From contig CAYNVQ010000011.1 of NCBI GenBank assembly GCA_964400735.1, positions 58,673 to 122,672 on the forward strand: a stretch of DNA of 64,000 nucleotides. The letters are read 5' to 3'. This DNA comes from an uncultured Eubacteriales bacterium (GTDB lineage Bacteria > Acidobacteriota > Aminicenantia > Aminicenantales > Aminicenantaceae). Below the pieces are notes generated by a model. That model was given only the letters and a program-made list of their open reading frames with translations. It was not told the DNA's origin and searched no databases. Positions 38,472 to 47,398 of this stretch are shown piece after piece. Both the position numbers and the translations under genes were made by a program. Numbering within the stretch: position 1 is the stretch's first letter; every line of letters starts with the position of its first letter.

Positions 38472-40603
38472 GTATGTCACGCCGCCAGTTTCTTGAGACG
38501 CTGGGGCATTCCTATCTCCTCTACGCCTTCCGTTTTACGCCGGTTGCTGGAATCCAAGCTGAACGACAAAATTCTCTGAGGGATGATACCGAAGATTTTG
38601 AATGCATGAGCATTTCTCCGGACATTGACTTCATAGATTGGATCGTTTTTGATGAGAACGACAATGTGACCATATTTACTGGACGGACAGAGCTCGGGCA
38701 GGGATTGAAGACAGTCCTTACGGCTCTTGTGACTCAAGGATTAGAGATCCCCAACGAAAAATTGACTATCATAATGGGAGATACGGATCTCTGTCCGGAC
38801 GATGGGCCCACGACCGGGAGCTGTGCAACAAGAGAGGTTGGCTGGGGGTTCTGGCTGGCGTGCAAAGAAATCCGCAATGACTTGGTTCTGCGTGCAGCGA
38901 GATTGCGTGGGCTGCAAGCAGAAGATCTTGAATTCCGTCAGGGAGGAATTCGCCATAAAAAAGATCCTGGCCTGATAATCAGACCCTCTGAGCTTTGTCA
39001 CGGGGATGTCGTTTTAATGGCAGTGGATCCTCATGATAGCTTGTCAAAAGGAGAGGGATATACCGATAGAGGGCTTTATAACGTCAATGCCAAGCAAATT
39101 GTCACAGGGAGGCTTAAATATGTCGGAGACATGAAGCTTCCAGGGATGTTTTATGCAGATTGGCTCACGCCTGCTTATCATCCGCTTCAGACCAGTCTTC
39201 TATCGGCCGATCTTGAGGAAGCAAGGTCAATCCCGGGAATAGAAATGGTTGATGTGAGAAAAGGACGGGTTGTCGCCATTGGAAGACGGTACCAGGATGT
39301 CATGAGAGCTCTCAATGTTGCTAAAGCCAAATGGTCTATGCCCAAACGGCCAAAGAAGCTGCGAGTTGAAGAAGAAATAAGAGAGAGAGCAAGGCTAGTG
39401 GAAATCAAAGAAGAAAGTGGAGATGTCGATATCGGTTTGAGAAACAGCTTTAGGACTGTTTCCGAAACTTACACCACTCAATACACGACTTGGGCTCAGA
39501 TTGAGACGGATAGCGCATTAGCCAAGCCAGAAAACAGTGGGAACGAAGTAACAGTTTGGGCGAGCTGCCAGTATCCCCATAAAGTCAAGCAACTAATCGC
39601 TCGCTATCTTCAAATTTCAAATTCTTCTGTCCATGTAATCGGAATGCCCGTAGGCGGCGGATTTGGGGGAAAGATTGTTAGCCCGGTAAGCCAGGAGGCT
39701 GCAGATCTGTCTAGAATGGTCGGAGCACCTATACAATTGATATATAGCCGGAAGAATCAGGTTCAGCTGAGAGGAAAATACAAGATGGCATGCGTCGTCG
39801 ACTTGATAACAGGTGTCGGAACAGATGGCAGAATTCTCGCCCGCAAGGTTGACATTTATCAGGATGTGGGCAATGGAACAACGGGAACATACGCTATCCC
39901 CAATGTTTTAACGAGGCTCTATCAATCAAGATGGCCATTTGCTAGGGCTATTAGCCGCGGAACAAGCTTTGTTCAAACCTGCTTTGCAACAGAGAGTCAT
40001 ATAGATATGGTGGCCGCATCTATGGGCTTTGATCCCTTTGTATTCCGACGGATAAATGTTCGGTTTCCTGCATTTATTAATCTGATTGACGCCTGTGCTG
40101 AAATGATCGGTTATGATAATTACCAACCTTCCCCTGATGAAGGAATTGGCATGGCTATCTGCCATCATGGAGGCAAACAATTGGGTGCTGTGTCTGCTGA
40201 AGTGGCGGTTGATCGTTCAACAGGCAACATAAAAGTCAAGAAGATCTGTGGAGCCTTTGACATCGGAACCATCATCAATAGAAACACAGTTACAGTCGGA
40301 ATCCGGGGAGCCATTATTTGGGGACTTGGATATGCCTTATCCGAGAGGGTCAACTTGGATGGACACAGTTGTTATACAGAGTATTTTAATGACTATCGTA
40401 TTCCCCGTTTTTCCGATATCCCACCGATTGAAATAGCCTTTCTGGATAACTATAATCCTGGGGCACCGAGAGGCTGTGGAGAAATGCCGATGATTCCCAC
40501 GATTGGCGCCATTGCTAACGCTGTTTATAGGGCTGTCGGTATCAGATTCTACTCAACTCCCATCACGCCCGACCGGGTTCAAAAGGCTTTGCAGAGGATA
40601 TAA
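38468..40603 (+). CDS. Xanthine dehydrogenase-family molybdopterin subunit (IorB-like), Tat-like signal
   Basis: MSRRQFL; ELGQG, GGGFGGK, FATESHID, GCGE..IP..AIANAV; ATGA overlap with Fe-S gene. Confidence 0.93.
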   Translation: MSMSRRQFLETLGHSYLLYAFRFTPVAGIQAERQNSLRDDTEDFECMSISPDIDFIDWIVFDENDNVTIFTGRTELGQGLKTVLTALVTQGLEIPNEKLTIIMGDTDLCPDDGPTTGSCATREVGWGFWLACKEIRNDLVLRAARLRGLQAEDLEFRQGGIRHKKDPGLIIRPSELCHGDVVLMAVDPHDSLSKGEGYTDRGLYNVNAKQIVTGRLKYVGDMKLPGMFYADWLTPAYHPLQTSLLSADLEEARSIPGIEMVDVRKGRVVAIGRRYQDVMRALNVAKAKWSMPKRPKKLRVEEEIRERARLVEIKEESGDVDIGLRNSFRTVSETYTTQYTTWAQIETDSALAKPENSGNEVTVWASCQYPHKVKQLIARYLQISNSSVHVIGMPVGGGFGGKIVSPVSQEAADLSRMVGAPIQLIYSRKNQVQLRGKYKMACVVDLITGVGTDGRILARKVDIYQDVGNGTTGTYAIPNVLTRLYQSRWPFARAISRGTSFVQTCFATESHIDMVAASMGFDPFVFRRINVRFPAFINLIDACAEMIGYDNYQPSPDEGIGMAICHHGGKQLGAVSAEVAVDRSTGNIKVKKICGAFDIGTIINRNTVTVGIRGAIIWGLGYALSERVNLDGHSCYTEYFNDYRIPRFSDIPPIEIAFLDNYNPGAPRGCGEMPMIPTIGAIANAVYRAVGIRFYSTPITPDRVQKALQRI

Positions 40604-40640
40604 AAGTTGAAATATCGAGCTCAAGGTCACGGAGTTCCAG

Positions 40641-41207
40641 ATTAGACAATACAAGAGGGTATTTTTCTATCTCATATTCCTCATTTCATGCAGTTTTTTA
40701 TCTTCCAATCTGCAACAGGATATCAAGGATTCTCCCGGGCTTTTGAGCATTTTCCACAGCGATTTTCCTGGGCCGAGCAATTGCCAAAGGTGCCACACAC
40801 CGGAATTTGCAGTGGATGACGAAAAATGCCTTGCTTGTCATTCAGAGATAGGCTCGCGCATTGCTTCAGGTCGGGGTTTCCACAGAGATAAGAATCATGT
40901 CTGTTCACAGTGCCATCCCGAGCACAGGGGAAGAGAGCGGAATCTAATGAATATAGATATCCAGAATTTTGACCATAGCCAGACAGGGTACATTCTTAAA
41001 GGAGCTCATCAAAGCATTGAAGATTGCAGTGCCTGTCATAGAGAGGATAACTCCTATCCTAGGGAAAGGACTCGGTCTTTTCTTCTGATGGATTCCCGCT
41101 GCATCTCCTGCCATGGATCTCCTCATCCTGGTAACCAGGATAATTGCCAAGCCTGCCACAATCAGAAAAGCTGGTGGGTCGATATCTGGGTTTCGTCCGA
41201 TTTCTGA
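40641..41207 (+). CDS. Hexaheme cytochrome c; start uncertain (ATT 40641 or TTG 40743)
   Basis: Six CxxCH (CQRCH, CLACH, CSQCH, CSACH, CISCH, CQACH); frame open upstream to 40611 and encodes a signal-peptide-like stretch. Confidence 0.88.
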   Translation: MRQYKRVFFYLIFLISCSFLSSNLQQDIKDSPGLLSIFHSDFPGPSNCQRCHTPEFAVDDEKCLACHSEIGSRIASGRGFHRDKNHVCSQCHPEHRGRERNLMNIDIQNFDHSQTGYILKGAHQSIEDCSACHREDNSYPRERTRSFLLMDSRCISCHGSPHPGNQDNCQACHNQKSWWVDIWVSSDF

Positions 41208-42496
41208 TGAGTAAATTCTGTATCGCGTTCATTATCGTCTTTTCATTTATTGCGCCCTGTTTTGCGCAGGAGAATGGGGCATCTGACAATTTATACGTGA
41301 GAGGTGTTTTTTATCTGGACTGGTCTGGAATTAATTATGAAGGAGAGCAATTTTTCAGTCAGTTAGGCGTCCGAGTTAATCTAGAAATGTTAAATCGACG
41401 CGGTTCAGGATGGACTTTGAAGTTAAATGGACGAAATCGTTTTCAGTTATCTCAGGAGAAGCGCAATCAGGTTATTTTTTATGACGCCTACCTAAGTTAT
41501 GAAAAAGCAGAAACCCCAATGTATTTTGCTGCAGGACAGATGAACCTGTATGACACAGCAGGCATTGGACAGCTATTGGGAGGTGCTTTGGGATTTAAGC
41601 CCACCTCCAATCTTTTGATTGGAGGGTATGCAGGACTGGAATCCGATGTCTATATCAATCGTTTAGAGAAGAGTCATCAAAAATTCGGAATTTTTGCCCG
41701 ATACTTGGGAGAATTAGGAAAAAGATTGTCGTTCAGCTATAACCATATCCGATATTCAGGAATGACAGAACAACAATATCTTTATTTCGCCGGCATGTAT
41801 CCCATAAAAAAGCTCCTGGTTCTGTATGGAAATCTGGAATTTCAACTTGGTTCAAACGTACAGAATAGAGATAGGCTATCCCGGCTTTTTCTAAACATGC
41901 GTTTCGATCCCTTCTCAGTGATCGATGTAATTGCCTTTTACAGCTCAGGCAAGGGGTTGGATTTTCACCGATATGTTTTGGAAAGATCTCAAGATCCAAT
42001 CCTCAATGATCAGCAGCTAGAACGATATTACTACTCCACTCAATTCGGGCTTCGGTTGAGCATAAAGCCGTCTCAGGATGTACGCTTTTATCTTTCCAGA
42101 CAAGAGAGCGAGCAGAAGGACTATCGAATCCACAATCATTCCTGGATTTTTGGCGGTGCCGTTCAAGATATTTTAAAAACCGGGGTCTCGTTTTATGGAA
42201 ACTATAAAAGCAATCGAGGCGAGATATCCGAATCGGATTCCTATTATCTTTCCATCAGCAAAGACTTTGGCTCGCTTTCTTGGAACCTCAGCTTTTCCAA
42301 CACCTACAATTGTCTTCGATTTGATCATACATTTGATGGCCCTCAGCTTATTCATCTTGATGATTACAAAACAGCCTCCACATATATTTTCCTCGTTTTC
42401 AGCCGTGCCTTTGCCGTGTCGTTGGAATATGAGTACTTCATTCAGGAGAAATTGAATCAACATTTGTTCTTTTTGAGGTTAATTTATAGAAAATGA
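41207..42496 (+). CDS. Probable outer-membrane beta-barrel (porin) protein
   Basis: ATG 41207 overlaps cytochrome TGA; signal peptide MSKFCIAFIIVFSFIAPCFA; alternating aromatic/hydrophobic strands; ends LFFLRLIYRK. Confidence 0.72.
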   Translation: MSKFCIAFIIVFSFIAPCFAQENGASDNLYVRGVFYLDWSGINYEGEQFFSQLGVRVNLEMLNRRGSGWTLKLNGRNRFQLSQEKRNQVIFYDAYLSYEKAETPMYFAAGQMNLYDTAGIGQLLGGALGFKPTSNLLIGGYAGLESDVYINRLEKSHQKFGIFARYLGELGKRLSFSYNHIRYSGMTEQQYLYFAGMYPIKKLLVLYGNLEFQLGSNVQNRDRLSRLFLNMRFDPFSVIDVIAFYSSGKGLDFHRYVLERSQDPILNDQQLERYYYSTQFGLRLSIKPSQDVRFYLSRQESEQKDYRIHNHSWIFGGAVQDILKTGVSFYGNYKSNRGEISESDSYYLSISKDFGSLSWNLSFSNTYNCLRFDHTFDGPQLIHLDDYKTASTYIFLVFSRAFAVSLEYEYFIQEKLNQHLFFLRLIYRK

Positions 42497-43947
42497 CGGG
42501 ATATCGAGTGAAAAGGCAAGGACCAAATAGAATCCAAATGATTCCGAAAAAATTGATTCTTTTCCTATCCCTTGTCTTTTTTCTTTTTTGGTGTGCGGCA
42601 CTAAAAGGAATAGCGCAAAAAGAGCAGGATAAACGTTGGTCATTCGAGACTCATGACCAGACCAATTTCCCCCTTACTGGAAGACATCGAACGGTTCCCT
42701 GCAGGGAATGTCATTGGAACAATGTTTTTGAAGGAACTCCCACAGTATGTGAAGTATGCCATTGGGATCGACGGAAAGATGATCGCTATCAACTCAGGCT
42801 TGGAACTCATTGTGCCGATTGTCACAACACGTTTTCATGGAAAAGCGTACCGCCCGATAATTGGAACCATGGGACAATCGTCGGATACATGCTTCGTGGA
42901 GAGCACCGGATTCTCGACTGCGTCGAGTGTCATGGAAAAGCCGGTTTTGACGAGAACATCGTTGAATGCTACGGCTGTCATAACGATGATTTTCAATCAT
43001 CCCGCAATCCAAACCATCAAGCTGCTGAATTTTCCGTCAATTGCTGGACTTGTCATCTTCAAGAATACAGTTGGGAAGGGGCAAAATATTCCCATGATTT
43101 CTATCTTTTAAAAGGGATGCATAAATTGGCAAAATGCTCTGACTGCCACAGCACCGACATGTACAAAGGGCGGCCATCTGCATGCATTTCTTGCCATCTT
43201 CAGGACTATAACAATGCCCTCAACCCGGACCACCTTGGATTAGGATTTCCCACTGAATGTGAATCGTGTCATGGTTCAGACGCTCAAGGGTGGGAAGGTC
43301 CAGTGTTTTCCCATTCGAAATTTCCTTTAAAAGGAAAACATAGGCTGACCCAGTGTGCCGATTGCCACAAGATAGGGGTCTATGAGGGACTCCCTTCAGA
43401 ATGTGTATTTTGCCATCTGGATGATTATTTGAATGCAAAAGATCCCAACCACAAACAACTGGGATTCCATACCGACTGCGAGATCTGTCATGGTACGGAT
43501 GCTGCCGGCTGGAAAAATTCTTCCTTCAGCCACAATTCAATTTGGTCTCTTCAGGGCGCCCATACACGTTTGGATTGCATAACGTGTCATCAAAAAGGCC
43601 GAAACCTTCCGCGGGATTGTTTCGGCTGTCATGTAAAAGAATATGACGCTTCCACAGCTCCTGACCATAAATCCGCAGGCTTTCCCTCTACATGCGAGAA
43701 CTGTCATCTTCCTTCCCATAGATTCTGGACTCAAAGCCAATTTAGGCACCAAATTCCAATAAAAGATGGTAAACATGCTCATTTGAGCTGCGTCGATTGC
43801 CATTTGTCTGCTAACTACAGAGATTTTTCTTGTCTGAATTGCCATGCCCATGAGAAAAGGCGTATGGACAAGAAACACATAGAGGTATCCGGTTATGCTT
43901 TCAGCAGCCAAGCCTGTCTTGCGTGCCATTTGCAGGGAAGAAGGTAA
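42493..43947 (+). CDS. Multiheme cytochrome c (18 CxxCH)
   Basis: 18 CxxCH counted; repeating module (F/Y)xLxGxH-CxxCH-CxxCH-PxH-CxxCH-W; N-terminal signal. Confidence 0.93.
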   Translation: MTGYRVKRQGPNRIQMIPKKLILFLSLVFFLFWCAALKGIAQKEQDKRWSFETHDQTNFPLTGRHRTVPCRECHWNNVFEGTPTVCEVCHWDRRKDDRYQLRLGTHCADCHNTFSWKSVPPDNWNHGTIVGYMLRGEHRILDCVECHGKAGFDENIVECYGCHNDDFQSSRNPNHQAAEFSVNCWTCHLQEYSWEGAKYSHDFYLLKGMHKLAKCSDCHSTDMYKGRPSACISCHLQDYNNALNPDHLGLGFPTECESCHGSDAQGWEGPVFSHSKFPLKGKHRLTQCADCHKIGVYEGLPSECVFCHLDDYLNAKDPNHKQLGFHTDCEICHGTDAAGWKNSSFSHNSIWSLQGAHTRLDCITCHQKGRNLPRDCFGCHVKEYDASTAPDHKSAGFPSTCENCHLPSHRFWTQSQFRHQIPIKDGKHAHLSCVDCHLSANYRDFSCLNCHAHEKRRMDKKHIEVSGYAFSSQACLACHLQGRR

Positions 43948-44328
43948 TCGTTTTCTTTTTGCTGTGGATTTGATGCTGGCCAAAATCAAGGTGGCTTTGG
44001 AGGGAGAGACTATCACTTCGTCCAAATAACAACAAAGTGCATTTCAGTTTGACGTTTTGATCGCCACTCCCTTTTCATGGCGATAATTTTTGACCGAACT
44101 ATAAATAGGCCGAAAAACAGGGAAAATGAAAGATATAGAGTGTTCACCGCTGCGACAGAGGGTTTGAGATGGCCCACAGTTCAGAGAGCGCCCGGAAAGC
44201 TTGCTGCAAGGCGAGTTTTGAGCTATTGTGCTTCCGATTAGGACCGAGTCGAAGACAGGAGTTATGAGATTATCAGAGACCAATCGATAGCGGAAGTCCT
44301 GAAGTGTTGGGAAATCCAGCTTGGCAGA

Positions 44329-45222
44329 ATGCGTGCGGATATTCCGATAGCCGGGAGTCCGGACCGGAGCGAATATCGGACAGTGGTTGAAGATAGGGAA
44401 CAAAACCTATTTATTCTCGAGAAAGTATTCGCAGAAACGGTGACGCACAAGAAGAAGATCGCTCGAACCCTCGCTTTTCTCGGGGAAAAGGGCCTTCATC
44501 AAGTCCGGTCCTATCTCCCTTGGGAAATGGATGAATACATAGCCTGTTGGAAAAATAGTTTTTGGCAAATCGTCCCCTATGTCGAGGGCATTCCTCTCCT
44601 GCGGCCTGGTTACGCTTTTGAAGGTTGGAGGGGACCTGTTCTGGCCGATTTTTTGATCGAACTTTGGGATAAGTCCCAAGATGTATCGCTTTTCGATAAA
44701 TCTTTTCCTTTCTCCATCGTCTCCTTTATCCAGGACTTCGAGGGTAAAATGGGACGTTATGAGCCCCTCTTGTACAAGCGAATTCAGCCGGCCTTGGAAT
44801 TTTTAGATCGGGAATTCATGAAAGTCCACGACAGTCTCCCCATTCGCTTCTGCCACGGGGATTACCATCCCCTGAATGTGATCTGGTCTGAGTCGGGGAC
44901 ACGGTCGGTTATCGATTGGGAATTCCTGGGTTATAAACCCGAGATCTACGATGTTGCGATGCTGATCGGCTGTCTGGGGATGGAAAAACCGCAGAGTCTT
45001 ACAGGGGATCTTGTCTTCGAATTCGTGGGACGCCTCAAAGAATCCAGCCTTATTGCAGAAATCAGCTGGTCCTTTTTGTTTGAATTTGTTTTGGCGCTGA
45101 GGTTTGCCTGGCTGTCGGATTGGCTCAAACGACGTGATGCTGAAATGATCGACCTCGAGGCGATCTACATCCGGCTCCTTCTCGAAAATCGCAACATCTT
45201 CACCCGTTCCTGGGGAATCTGA
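44329..45222 (+). CDS. APH / type II homoserine kinase-like phosphotransferase; true N terminus may extend upstream
   Basis: HGDYHPLNV and VIDWE motifs. Confidence 0.88.
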   Translation: MRADIPIAGSPDRSEYRTVVEDREQNLFILEKVFAETVTHKKKIARTLAFLGEKGLHQVRSYLPWEMDEYIACWKNSFWQIVPYVEGIPLLRPGYAFEGWRGPVLADFLIELWDKSQDVSLFDKSFPFSIVSFIQDFEGKMGRYEPLLYKRIQPALEFLDREFMKVHDSLPIRFCHGDYHPLNVIWSESGTRSVIDWEFLGYKPEIYDVAMLIGCLGMEKPQSLTGDLVFEFVGRLKESSLIAEISWSFLFEFVLALRFAWLSDWLKRRDAEMIDLEAIYIRLLLENRNIFTRSWGI

Positions 45223-45443
45223 TCTTTGTTTGTTTTCTCAGACCGAGCGAATAGACCATTCGCTTTTGCTGCACTTATCCACACATTTCCTGCACGGGAT
45301 AAAGTCCACACGCTTCATGTCTCCGTTTTTTTAATTTGACTCGGACCTTTAGCTTTGGTATGAAGGAAAAAACGTAACAAAAATATATTTGCTTTGGACG
45401 AAAAAGAAGCATTGCCGTGAAAGGAACTAGATAAAGGATTGAA

Positions 45444-46901
45444 ATGACAGGAGAGATCAAATCCATTTCAAATCCTCGCCTCAATCTGAATATCCTTAGC
45501 CCTGAGGATGTTCGAAAGATTCATGCCGCCACCTTGGATGTCATCGAATCGGTGGGAGTGAAGTTCCCCTCTCAAAAAGCGATGAACATATGGGAAGAAC
45601 ACGGCGCTTACGTCAACAAAAGCACATCTGTTGTGAAAGTTCCGGGTTACATCATCGAAGAGTCTCTCAAAAAAGCACCACCTGCCTTTATTTTATTCGC
45701 CCGGAATCCTGACCAGGACCTTCCTCTAGACGGCAATCATGTCTATGTGGGCACAGACGGCTGTGGAGTGGAAACGATCGATATAGCGAGCGGCGAACTG
45801 CGCCGTTCTTGCCTTGAAGATGTTGCAGAAATCGCCCGTGTGGCTGACTGTCTTGAGCAGATCGCTTTCAATTGGGTGCCTGTTTCTGCTCAAGATTATC
45901 CGCCTGAATCGAGAAGTCTTCACGAACTCCTGGCTATCTGGCGAAATTCTTCCAAACACGCGCAGACGGAAAGCATCTATTCTGGACGAGAAGCTCGCGC
46001 GGCTGTGGAGATGGCTGCAACAATTACTGGCGGAGAAAAAGCCCTGCGCAAGCGACCGCTTCTCTCTCTTACGGAATGCACCATTTCCCCTCTTGCCCAA
46101 GATAGGGGCAGTTTAGAGGCTGCTCTGGTGGCTGCGGAAGCGGGTATTCCGGTGGGTTTCATGACTATGGCCTCCTGTGCCTCCACCGCACCTACCACTC
46201 TTGCCGGGAATCTAGTTGTCGGAAATGCAGAGGTTCTAAGCGCTCTGGCTCTGATTCAGTTGGCCTACCCCGGCTCGCCCGTGTTTTATGCCGCTGCCCA
46301 AACGGCCATGGATCTACGTACCGGTGGCTACACCGGCGGAGGGCCAGAAGATTTCCTGTTTGGGGCTGCAACGAATGTCCTCTCTGACTTTTATGATATC
46401 CCGCTCTCTATGGGCTCCTTTGCCACCGGGGCCAAAGAGCCGAACTGGCAGGCCGGTATCGAAAACAGCCTCTCCACATTGATGGCCTCATTGACCATGT
46501 CGGATATGCTTCTCGGAGTTGGGCTGCTCAACGGCAGTTTGATCTGGTCGTTCGAACAGATGATCATGGACTGTGAAATATTCGATATCATTCACGACAT
46601 GATGAAAGGCATCGTCGTCAATGAGGAAACCTTAGCCTTGGATGTCATCCGGGAAGTCGGGCCTGGCGGTCATTACCTCAGCCAAAAACACACCTTGGAG
46701 CACATAAAGGAGCTGTGGATCGCAACGTTGATGGACCGCCGCCCCTACAGTGAATGGATCAAAAAAAGGGACAATGCGCAGGATTGGGCCCGGGAAAAGG
46801 CAAAAAAAATCCTGAGAACTCACAAACCCGAGCCTCTTGATTCCAAGGTAGAATCGGAGCTAAAAAGGATCATTCGATCGTTCGAAAAAAACTATGCATG
46901 A
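45444..46901 (+). CDS. Trimethylamine methyltransferase (MttB) superfamily protein, non-pyrrolysine
   Basis: IHAATLDVIE.VGV, P.TLAG.LV..NAE.L, QAGIE, LALDVIREVGPGGHYL; no in-frame amber. Confidence 0.92.
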   Translation: MTGEIKSISNPRLNLNILSPEDVRKIHAATLDVIESVGVKFPSQKAMNIWEEHGAYVNKSTSVVKVPGYIIEESLKKAPPAFILFARNPDQDLPLDGNHVYVGTDGCGVETIDIASGELRRSCLEDVAEIARVADCLEQIAFNWVPVSAQDYPPESRSLHELLAIWRNSSKHAQTESIYSGREARAAVEMAATITGGEKALRKRPLLSLTECTISPLAQDRGSLEAALVAAEAGIPVGFMTMASCASTAPTTLAGNLVVGNAEVLSALALIQLAYPGSPVFYAAAQTAMDLRTGGYTGGGPEDFLFGAATNVLSDFYDIPLSMGSFATGAKEPNWQAGIENSLSTLMASLTMSDMLLGVGLLNGSLIWSFEQMIMDCEIFDIIHDMMKGIVVNEETLALDVIREVGPGGHYLSQKHTLEHIKELWIATLMDRRPYSEWIKKRDNAQDWAREKAKKILRTHKPEPLDSKVESELKRIIRSFEKNYA

Positions 46902-47398
46902 AAATCCCGCCGAGACCATAGCTATTGAGCCCTTTTTTTGAGTCGTTCAATCCTTTAACTGAGCTGAGATAATCTTCGTTCAGTCTGCCAGGGGAGTGAA
47001 TCGAGGAAACGGGCGAAGAGTGTTAGGGCCGATTCGGAGGGACAAAACCTCATGTTCCCCCATCCATTCCACTCTAGGTATACGAAAAGTGAACAAAAAA
47101 AATGCATTTTAAAATTTTCTTGGAATAAGAGGAGGGCGTGATTAACTTCCCTCTATTTAGTACTGAAGTACCAGACGAACTTGATCATAGCCACGGTCTT
47201 GTTGATGTGGATCCGCCCTAAAGGCTCGAGCGTATCTCCGAACTGGTTGAAAACTAAGTAGAGGCTCGCCCCCGGCCCAAAGAGAAATCGAAAAAGTTCT
47301 GGGCCTCGAGGAAAAACCGCCGTTTTTCCGGATAAGAAATGGAGAAGCGGATGAAGTTGACATCATGCCTCATAAATTGATATCCCTTCTTAAGGGAT

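Noticed and set aside
45444-46901. Pyrrolysine recoding
   Set aside because: The ORF is full length with no in-frame TAG
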